DNA from: Perkinsus chesapeaki ATCC PRA-425
Taxonomy: Eukaryota; Protista; Perkinsozoa
Reading direction: 5' to 3'
Assembly: GCA_013115145.1 (NCBI GenBank)
Contig: JAAPAO010000030.1
Location: 58,870-122,869 of the forward strand
Length of the DNA: 64,000 bases
The notes under the pieces were generated by a model. That model saw only the letters and a program-made list of their open reading frames with translations. It was not told the DNA's origin and did not search any database. How positions within the stretch are numbered: position 1 is the stretch's first letter; each line of letters begins with the position of its first letter. Shown piece after piece: positions 39,005-50,982 of the stretch. A program made the position numbers and the translations under genes.

Positions 39005-42000
39005 ATGGAGGAAGCGTTATTGGCAGCTATAAACAAGCTGAGGGTTGACCCTAAGGGGGTCCTAGGGTGGGCCTAGACACTTATGCCTTGTAGAGGTTTG
39101 GTGCAGGTCCCTGCTACCATCTGAGACCACTGACCCTACGGATCACGCTGTGGTCGAGTCGGATGCCTCTGAGTAACATACCTTTTAATGTATGTTATAA
39201 TTAATCTTTAGGACTGCTGATGAGGGTCATATAGATGGGGTGCTTGAGGGTAGGATCCCTGTGAGGCCACTGGAAGCCTCGCCAAGTAAGGTCAGGCTAG
39301 TCTATACGAACGTCAAACCTATTGGATTGGATACGCTTCATCCTTATTGACTTTGTTCTATCTCACCTGCTGTACCTTACTACCTTGATAGGTCTATCAG
39401 CAATAGCCCAACAGCACTTGCACATCACCGATAAGACAGAGGCAACGCGACTGATAAGGTAGCATGGAGATGGTATTCGTAGGCCAACACTGCCTACTTA
39501 GAGATGGCTGCATGAGGGCTGGATACACTGGCTGCGTGCCTTTCATGCTGGACACTGTCACAGAAGGTACTAGGGCCTTGGTAATACAGGCTTATAGGGA
39601 CATGCTTAGGGGACTTACTTCACTCGTGGCTCGCAGAACACCAGGCAGAGCATAGCATTGTAGAACGCCTTATGGACGCTTCTATTGTGGAGTGTGGTAT
39701 AGCCGTTCAAGGACCCTCTGCAGTAGGCTCGGCCACGTTCTGGTAATAACTACGCGGGCTGGTGCAGGTGATAATACTATCTGATGGATCGGTGGTGCAG
39801 CAGCATCAGCAGCAGCCTACCTTTGATACCCAACCCGACGAAGTGTCCATACCCGACACTAGGGAACCAATGGACTGGGCTGAGTGAGTTGTTGGGGCCT
39901 TTCACGAGGTGAATGTATGGTTTAGTGTGGTGGAGTTGGCAAAGCCAGCCTCATTACGGGTACCCAAGGAAGTAGAGGAGTCGGTGGCAAGGCTTTCTCG
40001 ACCGAAGGGTAACCCTCGGGCATGTCATACCTTATGCTTATCTCACCAGACAAGACCGTATCTATGCGTCCATCCAAGGAGTCGGACATGCGGGCCACAG
40101 CTGATCTAGAGACGGGGATGTATCCAGCCCTCATTCCTCAGGGGTACATCCTCAACAGGGTTGTAGGCTCAACGTTGCACCCATCATCTCCTGGGCATCA
40201 ATGACCGCTCAGGTGCGAGCATTCGTATCTCAGTGTGACACAGACTATGACTGTCGTGTGACGGCTGAGGATATCATATCAATGGCAAGAGCGAACGGAT
40301 CTCATCGGGCAAAGTCTCTGAAGTTGGTCGTGGAGAACATAAAGGACATGATTGCCGATATAGCAGTAAGGAAGGCCTCTGGACTCAGGGGGAGGGGTGT
40401 CTTTAGGCCAGAAGACCGAACCATCCAGTCCGAGCCATGGCAGAGGGGGAGCCTTCCTATGAGGCTTCGGTGACTTGGTTTGAAATAGCCACTACTATGA
40501 GAGAGCGAAAGAGATGGGTGTCACTGGATGAGGAGAGTCGGAGCAGCAGGATAGATAATCTCAACAAGCATTGGGTTTATCAGAGGGACAAGTAAAGCCC
40601 CTACTACCTGCCCTAAGCAGGGAATCATGTGGCATGTCAGATTCGCAAGCCTATGGGTCCTAGCATTATCAGTGTGTGGTTTCAAGGCCTTTGTGCCAAT
40701 AGAGGCCAAGGATGGGCAGAGACAGGGAAGGCAAGGAGGTCGAATAAGGAGGGAGGGTATACTGAAGGAGGAGGAGGAGGCAGCCCCTCGATGCCCTTCG
40801 TTCCGGCCTGAGCATTCCTATCCTAATGGCGGTAGTCCAGTGATGAGCTGCATAGGCTGTTTACTCCTGTATAGGGATATTTGAACTTGTTAAGTGTCCA
40901 CCAAAGTCGAAGGGTGAGGTGCCTAGATGGGAGCAGGAGAGGTCCTTCTATGAGGATATGGTCAACGTGGATAGGGTGGGCTCGGAAGTAGTCTCTTGTT
41001 CTTTGGGACTCTGGCTGGTCAGGCGGTACCTGGCTCACCCGATGCGTCGAATACCTTCACCAAGGTGAGAGTGAAGGGTAAGGGGGAACACTGTTGGTTA
41101 GGTGCGGGCATTTGATGCTCATTGCCGTATGATACAGAGTCGATCGGACAAGGCTAGGGATAGCATAACCCCTCCTAAAGGGGAGCCATCCAAGCCGCCT
41201 ATTGGTGGCAGTACACAGGAGACATACCTCAGTCACTTTCATAACTCCTGTAATAGAGGGAGGTATTTCAGTACATGCCAAGACCAGGTTCTGTACCACC
41301 GAGGAGGTTCTCGGAGCCTGACCCATGCGGTAGGCTCTACTGTGGTATACCAAGCCAACAGGTGTGATGATGGTAACGGTGTAGGGTAGTAGTAGTCTTT
41401 TCAGAATGATCCTGGTCCATATGAGGATAAGGGCTGGGATTCTGTGTACACTATTAAACCAGATTACCGGTTATCACAGATGGACAGTTCGGAGAGGGAG
41501 GGGGTATGGGACACTGTATCCCTCCCCAGGAGGGCAAGGCAGCAGTATAAGGTACGATGGAGGAGGGGCTGGAGTACAGCAGGACTAACAGCAGTGGCAG
41601 TGACAGTGGTGTAGGGTGGACCAACTGCGTGTCACCTAACCAATTTTCCTGTCAACTGTATTCAGCTGTCGATGCTTTCTAAGCTGCTGTTTTACTGCAA
41701 AGTCTTCTTACAGGGGCTAGGTATTGGTGGACTTTAAGATTGCTCCAAGATCTGACGTGGCCTCAGGATCGATGCAAGGATAAGTTAGAAGGGCGTGCTG
41801 AGCTTGTTGGTCGATACAATGACCGTGCATCGTCGGCCTCCTGGTTCCGGGAGGATAACCCAGCCCGGCATGGGACTCATGGTAGGAGAGTCTATGACAC
41901 TCAGGTGAGCCATGGGAAAAAGGGAGCACAGTGCTGTGATGTCCCTGAATGGGATCCCTACAGGTCCGGTGTGAGCCTCTGGCCCCAGCTATATCAGAGA

Positions 42001-42509
42001 TCGACCGATTGCTAGAGGAGGCCGCCCGGAGGTAGGCTGTGATGCTCGGGGAGCCTAGAGTGTGTAGTAGGGAACGAGAAAAGGAGTATGAGGAAGCATT
42101 GAGGGACAATGGTGTGGGCCCTGGATTCAAGGCCTACATGCCTAAAGCTGATGCACCATATAGCAAGTATCATAATATAGTTCATAGGGAGTAGGTCGAT
42201 TGGCTGTGATGGTTACGAAGGCATTGCTGGTGTCAGTCTTGGACTGGGCACTATAATACATGACAAGCCTCCACCAGAGGTCAGAGGGCCATTTACCAAG
42301 AAAATGTTAGACAGTATAAAGGCGAAGTCCTTTAAGACCTTTACTAGGCCCTTGGATGCCTGCGGTAGGCTGGGCTGATAAGGTGTTAAGTTATTTGAGT
42401 ATTATCAGATATGGACCGCCGACTTCCTGTTGGCCCTCCACCATGCTGTAAGACATTAACACGTAGAGTGCGGTTTAATAGCTGCAACATGTTGCCACGT
42501 ATTAGATAA
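39005..42509 (+). CDS. Hypothetical multi-exon protein(s): CAP/SCP-like N-terminal region and an EF-hand-like loop
   Basis: MEEALLAAINKLRVDPK, LSAIAQQHL and ECGIAV resemble CAP-domain landmarks; DTDYDCRVTAED is EF-hand-like. Numerous GT-AG introns; the exon chain is not fully resolved. Confidence 0.4.
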
Positions 42510-42597
42510 GCGATGTTCCGTCTTTTAACTTTGGTGTTTAAAAGTGGTTAATAGTGGGCGAGTAGCATAAACTGATCCTGGCTTGGTTTTCGCGTCC

Positions 42598-45258
42598 ATG
42601 CCTACAGTTGAGATAGGGTTCACCAATCCAGTGGTTCAATTGGATACTCAGTTTTGGCAGGAGCTAGCCGATCACAAATTGAACGTACAAAGGTTGTCCA
42701 CTACAGCGGTCGATACCACTGGGGAGATACCACCACAGGACGCCTCGAGGATACTCAGTAGCATACCAATGTAGCAGGCTAACTGATGACGAAGAGTTGA
42801 TGGCAGTTACCCGACTTAAGGGTCCGCCTGAGGGAGATGAACGCTGTTGCTGCTGTAGAGGACGAGTCTACAACTATAATACTATACAAGACTTTGCCAA
42901 GGCAGATCGCACTGCGATAGTTAGTAGGCTAATGGCTCTTGCTTTCTCTAGGTCTAACAGGTCTAGGTCTCTAGGTCTAGGGCGGTTACCAACTTTCCTC
43001 CTTGTGCCTACTGTCTCACTATCCAGTCCATAGAGAGACAATACGCCCAAAGGACCTCCGTTTCCTTGCTTTCAGATTCGGTATTACAAAACATTGTAGC
43101 AGAAGCACGGCGATCCTCAGCAACATCTGTAAGGCACTGCTGCTGCTGCTCATCCCTGCCTCCTCTTCCTCCTCCTTTTTGGTGTAGTTACTTCACTTAG
43201 TTGTCTTCTGCTACGCTGACCTCAAGAACTTCAAGTTCACATACAACTGTGCGGTCCCTCGTATTGGCTTCAACAGGCCACTTATAGCCTCTGAGGTCAC
43301 CAAAGAAGAGCCTCTGGATAGTGCTACATTGGCCCGTCTCACCACCGCATTGGTTTTACTTGCCCATCAGGAGGACGGTAGACTTACCTCTATAGGTGAG
43401 TCTCATCACCCGCTGTCCTGCATGGTGCCCTTGTCAGACGAGGAGTCCTCGAGTGGTGTGGCGGAGGTCCTAGTGCTGGTTAGTTCCCAGCCGGGAGATG
43501 ATTCATCCATAACCCTGCCGTGGTACATGTCAACCATCCTCGCTTCCATTATCAGTCGAGGCTCCTCTGCGGCCGGTATCCGCCTCAGACTGGTCGATAA
43601 CCGCGGGACTTCACTCCGTCTATTGCTGAAGCCTGCCAATGCTGATGTAGGCCCGCCGCTGCAAAGCCATTGGTCCAACTGAGTTTGCACTCTGTCAGTT
43701 GGATACCTCCTTGTTCGATCCTGTCCCCGGCTGGGTCGCATTCCCTTCCCCCAAGGGCAAGCCTAGTGCCACCACCAGTAGGCCTATATCCCTTCTCCGG
43801 GTGAATAGTCAGGTGTGTTCAGCTTTGGACTTGAGGAGGGTATTGGACCCTGCCTCATTGGTGGCATCAGCTACGGATCTAAACGTGCGGCTTATGCAGT
43901 GGAGGGTCCTACCGTCACTTGATCCAGACCGAATCATGTCCCTAAGGTGGTCGCCGCTGTTACTTACGTGCTGCCATTTTCATGTCAGGTGTCTCCTAAT
44001 AGGAGCTGGGACGCTCGGCTGTGCTGTTAGTAGAACACTCGTTGGTTGGGGTGTTAAACACATTACATTTGTTGACAGCGGACATGTTGGTTAACTATCA
44101 GGTGTCTTATTCTTACAGCAGCAGCTCAGGTGTCCTTCAGTAATCCAGCTCGCCAGAACCTCTTCACCTACGAAGACGCTGTGGCTAGGCGGCCCAAGGC
44201 TGAGGCAGCTGCCAGTCGCTTGGCTGAAATTGTCCCGAACCTTCAAGTACGAGGAGTGCAGCTTGAAGTAAGTGCACAAACGGGCACCGTAATTCTTCCA
44301 CTCGCCTCTATCAGGTGCCCATGCCTGGCAAGAGCAGCACTGGTGGTGACGTCTCCGCAGCGGTCGAAGAGCTCGATGGCTTAGTAGGCAGCCATGACGT
44401 TGTTTTCCTCCTTACGGACAGCAGGGAGAGCCGGTGAGGCTTTGAAGCTCATTAACCATGGTGCATTAATCCTACCTAGGTGGTTGCCTACTGTTATGGT
44501 AGCCGCCAAGGCAAAGGGCGGTTGCGAAGGATGCCCCCCGTTGGGCGTATCCGTAGCGCTTGGTTTTGACTCCTACCTAGTAAAGGTCCAGTCCTATGGA
44601 GGTAGACTGAACCGGCGCCTGCGAACTCGATAGCTCTGCTTTAGATCGGAGCTCAGCCTGCTACTTCTGTAATGATGTGTCGGCCCCCAGCGACTCTACG
44701 TCATTTAGGACACTCGACCAGATGTGCACGGTGACACGGCCTGGACTTGGTAAGGCTGGTATCATCGGCCTTAGTACACGCATGTGGCTCAGCACCAATA
44801 GCCTCAGCAATCGCCGTAGAATTGGTAGCTACCTTCACGCAAAGCGGTGGATTCGGTCAGAAAAGGGCAACTGATGATGATGGAAGCAATACCCTCGGAG
44901 CGACGCCAGATCAGATAAGGTAAGACGATTGTTCTGCTTATAAGTCACACTGCGAGAAGTATCGGAGTCCGGTCAGGGGCTTCCTCGGTAACTGGCAGCA
45001 GATCCCTGCAGTAACACAAGCGTTCGATCGTTGTGTTGCCTGCTCGGATGCCATCACCGCCGAGTATGTCACCAAAGGGGCCGACTTCGTTATACAGGCA
45101 ACGAAGGACGCGTCGGTGAGTCGGCCGGGAGATTGGGCCTCGCAAATTGGTGTGTGAAGGTGCTGGAGGAAAAGTCAGGACTGGCGAGCATGTTGGCGGC
45201 GGCAGAGCGGGCTCATGACGATCTACTTGCATTCAGTATTGATGATGAAGACTTTTGA
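42598..45258 (+). CDS. ATG7: Autophagy E1-like enzyme ATG7
   Basis: [78 protein letters not shown]|[26 protein letters not shown] (catalytic Cys). Confidence 0.95.
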
Positions 45259-45387
45259 ATTAACCCTTTCTACCTCAACAGACTTTTGTTAAATGCAAGT
45301 ATTCGTTGAACGGGTCACTTGTCGATAAAGTGGAATGACATCATCACTCAACCATCCCCCCACGTTCGGTTCCAATCGACTTCAGGC

Positions 45388-45460
45388 GCTTTCATGGTTC
45401 AACTGGTCACATCGTTGAATTTGTAACCTGAAGGTCGTCGGTTCGAAACCTGCGTAGAAT
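45388..45460 (+). pseudogene. Degenerate tRNA-Thr(TGT)-like sequence or tRNA-derived SINE head
   Basis: A-box-like TGGTTCAACTGG (45395-45406), anticodon-loop-like TTGTAA (45421-45426), perfect B-box GGTTCGAAACC (45440-45450) and TTTT about 18 nt downstream. The acceptor, D and anticodon stems do not pair properly. Confidence 0.6.
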
Positions 45461-45689
45461 ACGCGGCTTTTGAAAGGTCTGCTGCTTTGAGACAGCGGTC
45501 GTGGGTTAACCAAATAACTCCAATAACACAACCCCACGGAATCCTGAGCAAATGTGTCAAAATTTACATTGAACAATAATGAAGATGATGTGTAGTGCCG
45601 ATACGAGGTGAGCTCTTCAACCTCTCTCACGGCATTTTAATAACAGATCTCGCTGTTCACCCCACAGTTTGCTAAGCTGCATTATTAGC

Positions 45690-47003
45690 CGAGTAATACG
45701 CTGAATGGAAGATACGTCAATAAAAGCCATGACAAGCAGCAGCCTATGGTTAGCTGCTGAAAGCCGACCCTACCTGTGCTTCACGGTCACTCTCCTCAAT
45801 CTCTCTCGAACAGCATTGCCTGAGCTCGCGTGCGGTAGGCTCAGAACCTGCCATACAGCGAATACCGGAGGGCTTATTGCAGTACCATAGTACACATGGC
45901 CTTCCACAAAGAATCTGGACCTACTATACCATGGGATTGCATATACCACTTAACCGTAGTTGATGCTCCGCTGTTTCGGGTGGTGGTACCTTCTCGAGAA
46001 GGAGTGGATACCTCTGTCAGTGCCTTCTCAAAGCTGTCTTTTAAAGGGTGCCTCGGTGGCGGCGGAGGAGCCTGAGACGACATGTGAAAGTATTTCGTTA
46101 TATTGAGTGCAATGCGTAGGAAATAACTATCCCTTAGAAACACTGACTAGATCGAATTCGGAATGTTTGGGAGAGGACCTCTCCCTCGGCACCATGGTAG
46201 ACTTACCAGAACAACTCGCATAGTTTTCAGCTTCTCCTCATCAACGACGTGTTTGAGCTTATGTGAAGCCTCAGGAGATCCATTGCGGTCATCTCCTGGT
46301 CGCCGCCGCTTCGATACACTATTCGTCGCTGGTTTCAGTTGTCTGCCCCAAGATTCCCTCAAACCCGTTAAATACTTCGCCGAATAAACCTAATAAAGGT
46401 GGTCACTGTGGTAGTCTACAAACCGCGCCCATCCCCCGTGTGTAGTACCCGCCGTTTCAGCCATATGTCCAATGTACGCATATAAGGCTTTTTATCGTGG
46501 GGAGATAGAGTGGCGACGAAATTGCACATGTTAGGATTCAGGAACTTCTCCGCTCCCTGAATACGATGACTGAAATAACATTACCCTTATCCACCCTACC
46601 GCTTGCAGTAGCTTTTGGTTGCCTGTCCGGCCACGTTGAACGATCTCGTTAAAGACGTAGAAGATACTAAGCTTGTGATTAATGTGTCGACTATGGGCAT
46701 GCTCTTCGGCGAGTATTTGGCAGACTTCATTCGAAAGTGACGGCATGTCACCAATTATCCTAATAATAATACGACAATACGCAATACTAGTGACGGCTCG
46801 AAGTAAACGCCATCTTTACTGCCCCAAGTGATATTGTTATTCCCACCACCCTACTACTTGGCGACTCCTACAATAGCCTCTTGTGTGCCGGACACTTCTC
46901 TCAGTTTCTTCCGTAAATGCTCCAACGCTCGAATTTGCTGCTCTGTTAGACTCCTCTTGGGGACGCCCCCTTTATCGTCAGGGGGCTGACTAGAGGCGGA
47001 CAT
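45690..47003 (-). CDS. CID (RNA Pol II CTD-interacting) domain protein, RPRD/Rtt103/Pcf11-like; 3' end approximate
   Basis: KLREVSGTQEAIVGVAK and HKLSIFYVFNEIVQRGR match the CID consensus (SQESI...KLxxLYLxNDVxQ). Confidence 0.65.
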
Positions 47004-47066
47004 GGAAAACAATCGGCCACCTCGGCAGCGGGTATACCCGAACCGAACTCCTTGTGATGACTATTA

Positions 47067-47835
47067 TTAAAGACCCACCTCGTAACACTTTAGCAACGCA
47101 AACCCTATAGTCAGAAATAATGAACTTTGAAAATGAAATAGAGACCAGGGCGATGTTATAGGAAGTAAGGGCCTTAAGGAAAGGAGTGGTATGACATGCA
47201 AGGGTATGCCAACATACGGCCCCCTTGTGAATGGTCTTGCTGTCGTGACCAACAGAAGGGCAATGATTGGTAAAGCGGCAGCTTTACAGGGTTAACCAAA
47301 CTCCTTAATAAGTTAGGTGAGTTCATAAGCCGCTTACGTGTATCAATAAGATTGGGATAACAATGTTAACACTCAGCACTGGTACTATGTGTACCGGGTT
47401 GTCGGATTGTAGACCCTGACAAGTGTGCCAGAAATAGGGGCTTCAACCAAGGAGTACCGCATAACGACTCATACCATGGAAGGAACTTTGCTGAGGAGCT
47501 TCTCAGCGACTATTCCGGTAACACGGGTAATTTGGATATAGCTCAGTTCGTGATTAGATCCAATTAAAGAAATTGGTGACCATAGCTCCTAGAGGAGGGG
47601 GTACGTACAAAAGACAGTATAACCAGGGGCAGGTTTTGTTACTACGGCGATCTAACATCACTTAAACCTATTATAATGATGGCAATGATTACTATTTGTA
47701 CTTGCAAGCTTCAACCAAGCCAAGATGCTGTAAACTGGAGCCTGGCTAAGCCCAAGGGGCACTATAGATAACAAGAGACAGCCACGTAAGACAATGAATA
47801 CAACAATCCATGAACTGAGTACCCGAATAGAAGGC
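47067..47835 (-). other. Possible fragmentary or degenerate membrane-protein coding sequence
   Basis: Short hydrophobic reading frames (LGRRFIADK...WIVVFIVLRGCLLLSIVPLG; AAALPIIALLLV) that could not be assembled into an intact gene. Confidence 0.25.
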
Positions 47836-48284
47836 TTGTCCGCGATAAAGCGTCTTCCGAGCCTGTAACATCACACATACTCTGCTGTGGAAGCCGTAGA
47901 GGCTAACCCTCATGCTTGATAGACGAGGATACGCTTAATTCTGGAAATCGATCATTTCAAGGATGCTGATCTTTGTTGGTGTTCACGGTAGAAGATTTTG
48001 GAAATGGGCGAGCGAGTCTGGAGTCGAAAAATGGATGGAGCGCAAGACCTCCTTTTATCAAGTTAAGTGTCTGCAGGTTATGTGATGGATTGGCTTAATC
48101 CAACTGTTGAATGGGAAAGACAAAAATGGTGACACCGCAGATCCATGCCGAGATGTGCATGCGTGCAATGTTGTGACCGGCCGTTTCATAAAGTACGATA
48201 ATGAGAGGCCGTTAATGAACTTGGATGGGAGAGACTTCTTTGGACTATCACATTACCATTATATCAATATCAATCTCCAGTCCT

Positions 48285-49571
48285 ATGCTCGGCTTAACAA
48301 TGTCTCCAACCTTTTGGCTGGTGGGTTTCGGCATCGTCGAGCTCGCCTTCTCAATCTCAGTCATCGACGGGTGCCAGTCCTATTGCGACCGTATTGACGG
48401 TTGCCAGTACTCTATGTGTAACACAACAGCTGTCCCCTCCCACTGCACTGGTATCTTTTCCACTGTAGATGGTAGCAGCTCTTGTTATTCGGAGGACTCT
48501 TTTTGCTATCCCAGTCGTGTCCTTTGCCCGGATAATACCCGAGATTCGTCAACTTCCCTGAACAACAAGGAAGCTTCGGATGACGGTTGCCCAGATGCAC
48601 TGGAGTATGTTGACGTCTTTTGGTGGTCTGAATGGCCCTCTCTACCCAAGTTGACCTACACGGAGTTTGTTGCATATTATCGTCGTCTTTTCCTTTTATT
48701 GAAATCAAACTGCGTTTACATGCGAGTTACCAAACTTATACTGCGGGTTCTAGACCCGCAGTATCCCCTTGCCATGCCTATAAGCATCTGGTATCCTAAT
48801 AATAATGTCACACAGAGCGCTCTGTTCACTGAGCTACTTGTCAAGCTCAATGAGACTTCAGTTAAAGAGATAGAAATGTTACCGTATGTTGGTGGTGATG
48901 GTAACTTGGATGCCTGGAAGAAGTGGTCGCCTGATGGGGAAAGCGTAATGGCTGGTACTTACGCGTTTGCCGCCGAGTATAACAAGCATCTTCCTGACGG
49001 TATTAAGTTCACTGGTATCACTGTTGACATTGAAGAAATTCATCACCTTCCAGAATATAACATGATAACCAACGCTAGTGCCGAATACGACTTCAAAGGT
49101 GGCCATACAGATCTTGGCTTTGGCATGGCTTTCCCCCATACTAATATCGGCTTGATTCAATCCTGCCCGTTTATGTCGAGCTTTTACCTAGAAATGTATG
49201 ATATGCTCTTTAAGGAATCCCCGTTTCTTAAATATAAAGATGAGCCTGATCAGTTGATTGACTTTTTGTCAAGTAACGCTCTCGATGAGAATAGACGTAG
49301 AGTGTATAATGATTTTAGTGATAGGGTCCACTTGATGTGGTCAATACAGTCTAACGGATTGCCTTGTATGTATCCTATTTATCACGGTAGATGTGGTATG
49401 GGTAATACTGACTTTGGCCATTGGACTTGTCGCCCATTCAATGAGTTCCTAACCAATGTCCGTGCAGGCTTGGAAACTCCGGGCGTCCATCATGGTATTT
49501 ACCAAGTCGACTTTTGGCCATCATCAATGGCACCGTCTGGCTTGAAAGGCTGTTATAGCGCGAATTGCTAA
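48285..49571 (+). CDS. Intronless secreted protein: signal peptide, one 8-Cys module and a divergent GH18-like domain (paralog 1)
   Basis: Hydrophobic N-terminus from Met 48285/48300; module CQSYC...RVLC; FTGITVDIEE and FYLEMYD motifs; clearly similar to 60753-62450. Confidence 0.75.
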   Translation: MLGLTMSPTFWLVGFGIVELAFSISVIDGCQSYCDRIDGCQYSMCNTTAVPSHCTGIFSTVDGSSSCYSEDSFCYPSRVLCPDNTRDSSTSLNNKEASDDGCPDALEYVDVFWWSEWPSLPKLTYTEFVAYYRRLFLLLKSNCVYMRVTKLILRVLDPQYPLAMPISIWYPNNNVTQSALFTELLVKLNETSVKEIEMLPYVGGDGNLDAWKKWSPDGESVMAGTYAFAAEYNKHLPDGIKFTGITVDIEEIHHLPEYNMITNASAEYDFKGGHTDLGFGMAFPHTNIGLIQSCPFMSSFYLEMYDMLFKESPFLKYKDEPDQLIDFLSSNALDENRRRVYNDFSDRVHLMWSIQSNGLPCMYPIYHGRCGMGNTDFGHWTCRPFNEFLTNVRAGLETPGVHHGIYQVDFWPSSMAPSGLKGCYSANC

Positions 49572-50218
49572 TACCTTTCCCCTTTTTGTGGCTGCCTTCG
49601 TTTTAGAGCATTATAAGCCTCTTTGAAGGTGTCGGCGATTTTTCGTCTATCGGCTTGTACCCGAGCTTGGTGAGTCAGCTCGACGTGTAACCTTTGTTGT
49701 CATTTCATTAACTCCTCTAAGTGACATGCCTATACGGTTTGATTACTAACCCTGTATGGTTGCGTCCATACTGTGAATTACAAAGGGCCATCAATTTTGC
49801 GTCTCATCTTTCTAAATGTGGCAGGTTTCCACATTCCCACAACCCAAGTTGTATGTCGCGTTCAAAGGTAGTTTGGTAGATTCATCAGGAAACACTTCTA
49901 TTGTACCGCGACGTAAATGAGGCTTTAGGTCGAATCGGTTGAACACATGGAAGCAGCGTATTGTGGTATTCATCAGTGGCGGCTGATCAAAACTTTGAGA
50001 TTAGAGATATCTTATCTTGTAAATGTAACGCTGAAATGCTACGTAACACTATTATTTATCTGTTGATGAGGAGGATGGTTTCTAATATAGATTTGTATAA
50101 ATTCATTTGTAATTCCCGTAGACGTATCGTCTCATTATATTTCAATATCATTTTTATATTACTATGTATTATAATCGTGTACATGATATTATTAAGATTA
50201 TCTTGTTTATAAGCATTA

Positions 50219-50764
50219 ATGTTCACTACTATATCTCGACACCTAGCAGCAGCCGCTGCCTCTTCCACGGCAGCAGCAGCAGCCAGTAGTGTGATGACTG
50301 TTACGCCAGCAGCAGCCTCGAGGATTAAGGATCTTATGAGGTAATAAGAAGTATAGGGTTAATGAGGTATATGTTGTTGTTGGTGGTGGTAGTAAGAAGG
50401 ATGATTCCTCCATTATTGGCCTTCGAGTTGGTCTAGCCAAGAAGGGCTGTGAGAATATGAGCTACACAATGAACTATGCCAGAGTGAGTTCCTCTGTCAT
50501 TTGATGCAAGTAAGTTGTGTCGTTTAGGATGTTGGTAAATTGGATGAAGTGGTGGAGAGTGAAGGAGTAAAGGTGGTTGTAGACTCTAATGCCTTGATGT
50601 ATCTCATAGGTAGGAATGATCATCTTTCTGACACCTCTAGCTGTATATATTGCTCATCAGGCACAGAGATGGATTATGTCGATAACGACCTAGCATCCGA
50701 GTTCGTCTTCCACAATCCTAATCAGAAGTCATCTTGCGGCTGCGGCAAGAGCTTCAGTGTGTAA
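50219..50764 (+). CDS. ISCA1: Mitochondrial Fe-S carrier ISCA (HesB family)
   Basis: Presequence-like MFTTISRHLAAAA; TVTPAAASRI; GLAKKGC; DEVVESEGVKVVVD; GTEMDY; FHNPNQKSSCGCGKSF. Confidence 0.93.
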
Positions 50765-50982
50765 TTTACTGTGGTCTATTCATACAGCAGACCGCCGAGA
50801 AAAACTTAGCGGCCTGTTTACTGACCAAAAGGATGCAATACCATCGCCAGTACCGTTGGCAAATCATCACCAAGTTTTATAGTGCCTACTCCCGTCACCA
50901 TTAATGCTACTACTCGTAATCGTAATGGTCTGCGTTCCGATCCTGGGGAGCGGGCTGATTGATCTCTGCAGTTGCCTTTTCA

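Noticed and set aside
42945-42985. Repeated tctaggtc motif
   Set aside because: A short slippage microrepeat within an ATG7 intron, with no further structure.
45388-45460. Functional tRNA-Thr gene
   Set aside because: The acceptor, D and anticodon stems do not base-pair, so it is kept only as a pseudogene/SINE-like element.
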